Shown here in pieces: positions 26,611 to 32,908 of a stretch of 32,908 nucleotides of DNA. The translations under genes and the position numbers were made by a program. The notes beneath the pieces are model-generated. The model was given only the letters and a program-made list of their open reading frames with translations. It searched no databases and was not told the origin of the DNA. Positions within the stretch are counted from its first letter, which is position 1. Each line of letters starts with the position of its first letter. Source of the stretch: a phage; assembly GCA_021421665.1 (NCBI GenBank), contig GCA_021421665.1_4698.1. One strand, 5' to 3'.

Positions 26611-26896
26611 ACATGCAGCTACAGAGGATGAGGTTGGCATTCTGCATGGTGCTATTACCAAAATCTTCAATAAGAAAGCACAGGCTATACTGGACACTAT
26701 AGAAGAAGACCCAGATGCAGCACTGCATTTAGTGTCTGGTAAAGACATTGGTGCTATGTGCAAATGGGTTCTTGATAATGGTATTACCGCTACACCTGCT
26801 GCACAGCAGGAAGAGTCCAAGTTGTCTAAGCGCCTCAAGGCTATCCGAGAGGCATCTAGTGGTAAGATTATTCAGTTTACAAAAGAGGACAATTAA
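26594..26896 (+). CDS. terminase small subunit (gp18-like)
   Basis: 100 aa, GTG start after GGAGGGAG, immediately upstream of the large terminase; positional assignment. Confidence 0.65.
   Translation: MSVHNKHAATEDEVGILHGAITKIFNKKAQAILDTIEEDPDAALHLVSGKDIGAMCKWVLDNGITATPAAQQEESKLSKRLKAIREASSGKIIQFTKEDN
26685..26707 (+). promoter_or_regulatory. intragenic SP6-promoter-like sequence CTATACTGGACACTATAGAAGAA
   Basis: Core CTGGACACTATAGAAGA is intact but the two upstream positions differ from all intergenic copies; lies inside the small terminase coding sequence. Confidence 0.35.
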
Positions 26897-28794
26897 TGGC
26901 TAAGGCAAGAGAATCACAAGCGGAGGCTCTTGCCAGATGGGAGATGCTACAGGAGTTACAGCAGACCTTTCCTTACACAGCGGAAGGTTTGCTTCTCTTT
27001 GCAGATACAGTTATTCATAATCTGATTGCAGGCAACCCTCATCTGATTCGTATGCAGGCCGATATCTTAAAGTTCCTATTCTATGGGCACAAGTATCGAC
27101 TCATCGAAGCGCCTCGTGGTATCGCTAAGACAACACTCTCAGCAATCTATACAGTCTTCCGTATCATCCATGAACCACATAAGCGTATCATGGTTGTATC
27201 CCAAAATGCCAAGCGAGCAGAGGAAATCGCCGGTTGGGTAGTTAAAATATTCCGTGGCCTAGACTTCCTTGAGTTTATGCTACCTGACATATACGCTGGA
27301 GATCGTGCATCCGTCAAAGCCTTTGAGATTCACTACACGTTACGCGGCAGTGATAAGTCGCCTTCTGTGTCCTGTTATTCTATTGAAGCAGGTATGCAGG
27401 GTGCTCGTGCGGATATTATCCTAGCAGATGACGTAGAGTCTATGCAGAATGCTCGTACAGCAGCAGGTCGAGCCTTACTTGAGGAATTAACCAAGGAGTT
27501 TGAATCTATCAACCAGTTTGGTGATATCATTTATCTTGGTACACCTCAGAACGTAAACTCTATCTACAACAACCTACCTGCTCGCGGCTACTCTGTTCGC
27601 ATCTGGACTGCACGTTACCCTTCGGTGGAGCAAGAGCAATGCTATAGTGACTTCCTTGCACCTATGATTGTGCAGGATATGAAGGACAACCCAGCACTTC
27701 GCTCAGGTTATGGCTTGGATGGCAACAGTGGTGCACCTTGTGCCCCTGAAATGTACGATGATGACGTCCTGATTGAGAAGGAAATATCGCAAGGTGCTGC
27801 TAAGTTCCAGCTCCAATTCATGCTTAACACTCGCATGATGGATGCAGACCGCTATCCTCTACGTCTGAATAACCTCATCTTCACCTCATTTGGCACAGAG
27901 GAAGTCCCTGTGATGCCTACATGGAGTAATGACTCTATTAACATCATTGGAGATGCACCTAAGTATGGCAATAAACCTACAGACTTCATGTATCGACCTG
28001 TTGCCAGACCATATGAATGGGGTGCTGTTACCCGTAAGATTATGTATATCGACCCGGCGGGTGGCGGTAAGAATGGGGACGAAACGGGTGTAGCGATTGT
28101 CTTCCTGCATGGCACATTCATTTACGTGTATCAGTGCTTCGGAGTACCGGGCGGATACCGTGAATCGTCTCTGAATCGCATTGTGCAGGCCGCAAAGCAG
28201 GCGGGTGTTAAAGAGGTATTCATTGAGAAAAACTTTGGTCATGGCGCGTTTGAGGCGGTAATTAAGCCATACTTTGAACGTGAGTGGCCCGTTACACTGG
28301 AAGAGGATTACGCTACCGGACAGAAAGAGTTGCGTATCATTGAGACGCTAGAGCCGCTCATGGCGGCGCACAGGCTCATCTTCAACGCTGAGATGGTCAA
28401 GTCTGACCTTGAGTCAGTACAGCACTATCCGCTTGAACTACGCATGTCCTATAGCCTTTTCAATCAAATGTCGAACATCACGATTGAGAAGAACAGCCTC
28501 CGGCACGATGACCGCTTAGACGCTCTGTACGGCGCTATACGGCAATTAACTTCTCAGATAGACTATGACGAGGTTACACGGATTAATCGCCTCAGAGCGC
28601 AGGAGATGCGCGATTATATCCAAGCTATGAATACACCTCACCTCCGCAGGGCAATGCTCTATGGAGATTATGGGACTGAGCGAAGAGTGACCAACACTTC
28701 TGTAGCGATGCAGCAGCGGGTTTATGGTCAGAACTACCGGAATAAGTCTTCCAATAGAAATACCATTTCTGCAAGGATTTCAAGGACTTATTAA
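26896..28794 (+). CDS. terminase large subunit (gp19-like)
   Basis: 632 aa; Walker A-like EAPRGIAKTT; acidic catalytic stretch ADIILADDVE; position after small terminase. Confidence 0.92.
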   Translation: MAKARESQAEALARWEMLQELQQTFPYTAEGLLLFADTVIHNLIAGNPHLIRMQADILKFLFYGHKYRLIEAPRGIAKTTLSAIYTVFRIIHEPHKRIMVVSQNAKRAEEIAGWVVKIFRGLDFLEFMLPDIYAGDRASVKAFEIHYTLRGSDKSPSVSCYSIEAGMQGARADIILADDVESMQNARTAAGRALLEELTKEFESINQFGDIIYLGTPQNVNSIYNNLPARGYSVRIWTARYPSVEQEQCYSDFLAPMIVQDMKDNPALRSGYGLDGNSGAPCAPEMYDDDVLIEKEISQGAAKFQLQFMLNTRMMDADRYPLRLNNLIFTSFGTEEVPVMPTWSNDSINIIGDAPKYGNKPTDFMYRPVARPYEWGAVTRKIMYIDPAGGGKNGDETGVAIVFLHGTFIYVYQCFGVPGGYRESSLNRIVQAAKQAGVKEVFIEKNFGHGAFEAVIKPYFEREWPVTLEEDYATGQKELRIIETLEPLMAAHRLIFNAEMVKSDLESVQHYPLELRMSYSLFNQMSNITIEKNSLRHDDRLDALYGAIRQLTSQIDYDEVTRINRLRAQEMRDYIQAMNTPHLRRAMLYGDYGTERRVTNTSVAMQQRVYGQNYRNKSSNRNTISARISRTY

Positions 28795-28815
28795 TTACTG
28801 GACACTATAGAAGGA
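28793..28815 (+). promoter_or_regulatory. SP6-type phage RNAP promoter AATTACTGGACACTATAGAAGGA
   Basis: Starts at the terminase stop; predicted +1 G at 28810; followed by a 130-nt AT-rich leader with TAGGT repeats and hairpin gggtgtac-TACT-gtacaccc (28887-28906). Confidence 0.8.
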
Positions 28816-28946
28816 AGGCCCAGAGAATAAGAGAAATAATAGGTAATATATAGGTTAACCTAGGTTATATAGGTATGCCTTAGTATGGGTGTACTACTGT
28901 ACACCCTATTCCTTCCTTACTATATTTACATAATAGGAGAGAGACA

Positions 28947-29225
28947 ATGGCTAATGATTATAGTAGTCAACCATTAACAGGTAAGTCTAAGAGAAAGCAG
29001 GTACAACCTGTAAGTGAAGCACTAATGCTTCCGGTAATCCCAAAAGAGGAAGCTAGTAAGAAAAGCAATGTTATTAATGATGCCACCAAATCAGGTAAAC
29101 AGAAAGGGGCAATGGTATGCCTTGAAGTGGACGATGGTGTATTGAAGATTGCTATCGCGGTTGATGGCAAAGAAGATTCAGAGTGGAAGTTAGTGACAGT
29201 GGAACCCACTGTTACCCCAGCTTAA
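28947..29225 (+). CDS. hypothetical protein (92 aa), paralog A of a tandem pair
   Basis: AGGAGAGAGA SD; shares the block SGKQKGAMV-LE--D--L-IA-A and C-terminal VTPA with the next gene. Confidence 0.6.
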   Translation: MANDYSSQPLTGKSKRKQVQPVSEALMLPVIPKEEASKKSNVINDATKSGKQKGAMVCLEVDDGVLKIAIAVDGKEDSEWKLVTVEPTVTPA

Positions 29226-29243
29226 GAAGAAGAGGAGGATTAC

Positions 29244-29528
29244 ATGGCTAAATATGGTGAAGGTTCTGTTACTGGTCAGGCTTTTCGAGTAAAAGCAGTA
29301 CAAACTATTGCAACGGCAATCCCTATGCCTGTTGTTAAAGAAGCAGACCTTAAGAGTAAAGATCACCCTATAAACATCAAACACCTGTCAGGTAAACAGA
29401 AAGGTGCAATGGTTGCTCTTGAGAAAGCGGACACAACCTTACATATTGCTGTTGCACGTGGTAGTGAACCAACAGACCCTTGGGATGTAACTGGTATGGA
29501 ATCGGACGCTGTTACTCCGGCAGGGTGA
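29244..29528 (+). CDS. hypothetical protein (94 aa), paralog B of a tandem pair
   Basis: GAGGAGGA SD; shares SGKQKGAMVALE and a VTPAG C-terminus with the preceding gene. Confidence 0.6.
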   Translation: MAKYGEGSVTGQAFRVKAVQTIATAIPMPVVKEADLKSKDHPINIKHLSGKQKGAMVALEKADTTLHIAVARGSEPTDPWDVTGMESDAVTPAG

Positions 29529-29532
29529 TACC

Positions 29533-29880
29533 ATGATGCTTAACAAATACTTCAAGCGTAAAGAGTTCGCTTGCCGTTGTGGATGCGGTACATCCACTGT
29601 TGATGCTGAGTTACTACAGGTAATCACAGATGTGCGTGAGCACTTTGGCGTACCTGTAGTTATCACCTCTGGTCATCGCTGCGTTAAGCACAATACCAGT
29701 GTAGGTGGGGCCAAGAACTCCATGCATCTTACAGGTAAGGCTGCTGATATTAAAGTATCTGGCATCTCACCTTCTGAAGTGCATAAGTATCTTACTGGCA
29801 AATACCAAGGTAAGTACGGCATTGGTAAGTATAATTCCTTCACGCACATTGATGTACGCGATGGGTGTGCACGATGGTAA
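29533..29880 (+). CDS. peptidase M15-family zinc peptidase, probable endolysin
   Basis: N-terminal EFACRCGCG and zinc-binding pattern SGHR...SMHLTGKAADI...THIDVRD; located in the lysis region. Confidence 0.75.
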   Translation: MMLNKYFKRKEFACRCGCGTSTVDAELLQVITDVREHFGVPVVITSGHRCVKHNTSVGGAKNSMHLTGKAADIKVSGISPSEVHKYLTGKYQGKYGIGKYNSFTHIDVRDGCARW

Positions 29881-29988
29881 GATGCATTGAATGGTGTGAA
29901 CGCATGGTTGCTAAGGCTTCAGAGGAAGGAAACTATGAGGATTGGCAGAACTATTCGGATTTGTTAGCTCAATGGAAAAGGAGATGCA

Positions 29989-30138
29989 ATGAAAAAGCTG
30001 TTTAAATCTAAGAAGGTGGTAGGTGCACTGATTGCACTGGTGATTGCCCTTGTTTCTGTAGGTCTTGGCGTAGACCTTGGTGAAGGTACTGAAGGTTCCG
30101 TAACTGACGTGGTATGCCAAGTAATCACCTGTGAATAA
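29989..30138 (+). CDS. small membrane protein (49 aa), lysis-cassette associated
   Basis: AAGGAG SD 6 nt before ATG 29989; one hydrophobic helix VVGALIALVIALVSVGLGV; below ORF-track cutoff. Confidence 0.4.
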   Translation: MKKLFKSKKVVGALIALVIALVSVGLGVDLGEGTEGSVTDVVCQVITCE

Positions 30139-30352
30139 TTTGCTTGAGGTGTTGGCAGGTCTTATTGGCCTGCTGCTTGCCGCTAAGAAGAAGAAAGAAG
30201 AGAAGGAGGCACAAAGTGAAGCGAATCATGTTAGCGACAACCCTGCTGATTGGTTCGCTGATCACTTCAGGGTGTCAGACGGCGTTACCAGAGAGTCAAA
30301 AGGTAAAGCCACTGAAGCCGACGCTGACGGAAGTGTACGAAGTGGACGATAA
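30131..30352 (+). CDS. putative i-spanin (Rz-like), short
   Basis: GTG start; N-terminal hydrophobic segment LLEVLAGLIGLLLAA followed by a charged region; overlaps the lipoprotein ORF in another frame. Only 73 aa, so uncertain. Confidence 0.4.
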   Translation: MNNLLEVLAGLIGLLLAAKKKKEEKEAQSEANHVSDNPADWFADHFRVSDGVTRESKGKATEADADGSVRSGR

Positions 30353-30425
30353 GGTCTGCTTTAGTAAGCCTGATGCTACAAAATTAGGTTTGTATATTCT
30401 TTCGCTAGAACGCGGTTACAAATAA
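30216..30425 (+). CDS. putative o-spanin (Rz1-like outer-membrane lipoprotein)
   Basis: Signal peptide with lipobox LITSGC after AAGGAGG (GTG 30216 or ATG 30228); Pro-rich mature region; begins inside the Rz-like ORF and extends past it. Confidence 0.55.
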   Translation: MKRIMLATTLLIGSLITSGCQTALPESQKVKPLKPTLTEVYEVDDKVCFSKPDATKLGLYILSLERGYK

Positions 30426-30454
30426 TACATTGCTTTATGTATCAATCACCTACG

Positions 30455-30477
30455 ATTTAGGTGACACTATAGAAGAG
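30455..30477 (+). promoter_or_regulatory. canonical SP6 promoter ATTTAGGTGACACTATAGAAGAG upstream of the tailspike genes
   Basis: Exact 23 of 23 identity to the SP6 promoter as used in cloning vectors; predicted +1 G at 30472. Confidence 0.9.
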
Positions 30478-30548
30478 ATAGAGTGGCGATCATTTGGTCG
30501 CCTTTACTCAAGGTGCTCATGGTGGGCGCTTTAAGTAAAGGAGGAAAC

Positions 30549-32444
30549 ATGGCTCTAACTAGACTAACGTCAGCCTTGGTTAGTATCAAGTCTTCCGTGG
30601 TAGGTACTGTCAAGAGAACCATTGCTAACAAGTTTGACCTTGATTTATCTCTGGAGGATTTTGGTGCAGACCCAACTGGCAATACAGACTCTACCGCGGC
30701 TGTTATAGCAGCCCTTAGTAGTCGTAAACGTATAGTCCAAAAAGGTGGAGGTATCTACCGACTGGATGGCGCGGTTGTTGTCCCAACAGGTGATGTCCAT
30801 TTTGAAGGGGCAGGTATAGGCAAGACTGTCTTCAGATTCAACCACTTCACACAAGGTTTCAGACTTGGTGATGAGGCTGACTCAGGTAACAGGTATATTC
30901 ATGTCTTCCGCAAAGCCACTATTGAACGGCCAAACTATGCATCATACACTGGACAGATTAGCCCTAAATCTTTGTATATCTCAAACTCTAGAAACGGATT
31001 GGTAGAAGATATTGATCTGTCAGGTTCTATCGGTTACGGGATACAGTTTGATTATTCAGACACCTACGTAATGGTTCGCAGGTGTTATGTGCATGATCAT
31101 TTCGGTGGTAGCTCCGTGGCGGTTGGTACTGATGGTATCCACTTCTATCGAACAAAAGACTTCTGGGCTATTGAAAATACAGTGGCTCGTGTTGGTGACG
31201 ACGCAATCAGTTGTGGTACTTTTAACTTTGCCTACCCTGTGAGTAATGGTCATATCTTATTTAACAAGATATACAATACACAGGGCACCATCAAGATTTA
31301 CACCAAAGTATCTGGTGTTACAGTCAAGGGTAACTATATTGATGGGTCAGTACAGGGCGGTGTGTATATCACGAACGATGCAAACGCACCAGAAAACGCG
31401 GCTATTAATGACATTACAATAGAAGACAACAAGTTCTACAACATCTTCCCAAACGTGGAAACAAATATAGAGGCTGGACCTTTACGTATCCGCGGTTGGA
31501 AGGGTGGTGCTTGCTCTTTTAACAATATCATTTTCAAGGACAACTACTGCTCAAACACTTACGCTGGAATTAACTTTCTTGTTAACTCTGCCAACCAACG
31601 ACTCAGAAACCTCTATGTAGAGGGGAACATCTTCTTTGTTCAAGCCTTGGGTACAACAAACTCAAGATCTGCAATAATGCTACAGTGCTGTGATGAGAAC
31701 TTAGTTGTTCGCAATAATACCTTCAAAGATACATCTGGTGGTCTCTTGCAGATTGACGCTGTTGGTTCTGGTTTCACTGCAGAACCTTCATCCAATGGTA
31801 GGTTTACCATCACAGGCAACCAAGTGGAAGGATGGAACAAATCAGTAACGGTTGGTCGTAGTGCGCTACGCGGTATCTTCTTACGGCAAAACTTATATGA
31901 CTGCATTGTTGAGATAACCAATAACAAACTTCAATATCAGTACACTAGTGGCTCTGCCGCAAAAGGTCGTGCAGTTGAGACGGCTGGTGTTCACCCTGAT
32001 AGCAGGTTTGAGAACAACGTACTAGATGGTAATGTGTTGTTTAACTCAAACAATGGCGGATACTTTGGTTCAAACAAAACCATAGCTGACCTAACAAGTG
32101 CACCGGGGCCGCGCTCTGGCACACACCAGCGTGGTAGCTCTTTGAGGACAGAAGTACCTACAGCTACAAGGTACAACGAGTATCTGATAGTTAAATCTGG
32201 AACTCTTGATACTATTTCCGCAACAGTAACAATAGACTCTGGTTCATACTCAGGGACTATAACATCTGGCTCATTACTACCCGGTGTATATGTGACAGTC
32301 GCAGGGTTGTCTGATGTGTTACGTGTATTGCGTGTGGCTGGTAGCTCTGTGTTATTTGACTCAAAGGCATCAGCTACTGTAACAGATGCTGCAACAGTAA
32401 ACTCCAACCCAACATGGTTGGCCCGTTCATTAGTACCAGCATAG
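30549..32444 (+). CDS. tailspike protein 1 (631 aa), probable beta-helix capsule depolymerase
   Basis: AAAGGAGG SD before ATG 30549 (ORF-track start 30483 has none); N-terminal DFGADPTGNTD motif typical of pectate-lyase-fold tailspikes; repetitive Asn/Gly/Thr-rich beta-strand-like sequence. Confidence 0.8.
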   Translation: MALTRLTSALVSIKSSVVGTVKRTIANKFDLDLSLEDFGADPTGNTDSTAAVIAALSSRKRIVQKGGGIYRLDGAVVVPTGDVHFEGAGIGKTVFRFNHFTQGFRLGDEADSGNRYIHVFRKATIERPNYASYTGQISPKSLYISNSRNGLVEDIDLSGSIGYGIQFDYSDTYVMVRRCYVHDHFGGSSVAVGTDGIHFYRTKDFWAIENTVARVGDDAISCGTFNFAYPVSNGHILFNKIYNTQGTIKIYTKVSGVTVKGNYIDGSVQGGVYITNDANAPENAAINDITIEDNKFYNIFPNVETNIEAGPLRIRGWKGGACSFNNIIFKDNYCSNTYAGINFLVNSANQRLRNLYVEGNIFFVQALGTTNSRSAIMLQCCDENLVVRNNTFKDTSGGLLQIDAVGSGFTAEPSSNGRFTITGNQVEGWNKSVTVGRSALRGIFLRQNLYDCIVEITNNKLQYQYTSGSAAKGRAVETAGVHPDSRFENNVLDGNVLFNSNNGGYFGSNKTIADLTSAPGPRSGTHQRGSSLRTEVPTATRYNEYLIVKSGTLDTISATVTIDSGSYSGTITSGSLLPGVYVTVAGLSDVLRVLRVAGSSVLFDSKASATVTDAATVNSNPTWLARSLVPA

Positions 32445-32555
32445 AGGTAATATGGAAGAAGATATTGATGTTGAAACTGTATCCTTGCAGGGTTACTTTT
32501 CGGCGCCTATGCCGCCAGAAGTTCCTAAAGAGGGTGCGATGGAAGAGTAATGTAT

Positions 32556-32580
32556 GTGCGGCGTAAGCCGCACTTTACGC
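32556..32580 (+). terminator. hairpin gtgcggc-GTAA-gccgcac followed by T-rich tract
   Basis: Perfect 7-bp GC-rich stem with GNRA-type loop, then TTTACGCGACTTTCTTTCTTC; between the two tailspike genes. Confidence 0.45.
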
Positions 32581-32635
32581 GACTTTCTTTCTTCATAGGC
32601 ACTCATGGTGGGTGTCTATAAACAAAGGAGGTTAC

Positions 32636-32908
32636 ATGGCTTTAACTGAAGCAACAAAGGTAGGCTCACACTTAGCTACTTACGCACCACAAGGTGTGCC
32701 TCGTACAGTTGAAGATAAATTAAAAGACATTGCATCCATTGTTGATTATGGTGCTGTGTCCGGTCAGGATTGTACTGAGGCGCTACAGAATGCCTGCCGA
32801 GAGGCTTGTACTGTAATAATCCCGAAAGGTGAGTTCTTAGTACGAGACTTCATTCTTGATAATGTGAACAATATAAATATCATTGGTATGGGTGGTATTA
32901 TTGTTCAA
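32636..32908 (+). CDS. tailspike protein 2 (3'-partial; runs off the window)
   Basis: AAAGGAGG SD and the same upstream leader module as tailspike 1; starts MALT...; DYGAVSG motif; open to the window end (91 codons, no stop). Confidence 0.7.
   Translation, partial: MALTEATKVGSHLATYAPQGVPRTVEDKLKDIASIVDYGAVSGQDCTEALQNACREACTVIIPKGEFLVRDFILDNVNNINIIGMGGIIVQ

Noticed and set aside
30483-30548. N-terminal extensions offered by the ORF track (30483 for tailspike 1; also 16069, 15347, 5735, 6347, 456, 670, 10852)
   Set aside because: In each case an internal ATG, GTG or TTG with a well-placed Shine-Dalgarno sequence, often overlapping the upstream stop, is a better start.
1-32908. Identification of the source as phage SP6 itself
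   Set aside because: The promoter is SP6-type, but tailspike 1 does not resemble the P22-like endorhamnosidase tailspike recalled for SP6; only the SP6-like group can be supported without a database search.
1-32908. tRNA genes, CRISPR arrays, integrase, transposase or IS elements
   Set aside because: No cloverleaf-like sequences, no direct-repeat and spacer arrays, and no recombinase or transposase-like ORFs were seen; the window is a compact lytic phage genome segment.

Overview
This window reads as a contiguous segment of an SP6-like, T7-supergroup podovirus genome (Autographiviridae-type), with every supported gene on the + strand. Eight copies of an SP6-type single-subunit RNA polymerase promoter (core GACACTATAGAA) are present; the copy at 30455-30477 is identical to the canonical SP6 promoter ATTTAGGTGACACTATAGAAGAG. 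Gene order is: 3' end of an upstream gene and small ORFs; family A DNA polymerase; small genes; T7 gp6-like exonuclease; endonuclease VII-like resolvase; metallophosphoesterase; gp1.7-like nucleotide kinase; ATP-dependent DNA ligase; GNAT acetyltransferase; portal; scaffold; major capsid; tail tubular A and B; three internal virion proteins (one with a C-terminal T4-lysozyme-like domain); gp17 N-domain-like tailspike adaptor; gp17.5-like holin; small and large terminase; two paralogous small proteins; M15-peptidase endolysin; spanin pair; and two tailspike genes, the second running off the window. No tRNA, rRNA, CRISPR array or transposable element was seen. Nothing here forms a clearly new multi-gene system; the most notable items are a duplicated tailspike leader module, a virion-borne lysozyme domain, a possible -1 frame switch in a small gene, a tandem paralog pair, two recurring hairpin families and AT-rich TAGGT-repeat promoter leaders. 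All protein assignments rest on reading motifs by eye and on recalled T7/T4 sequences; no database search was run.
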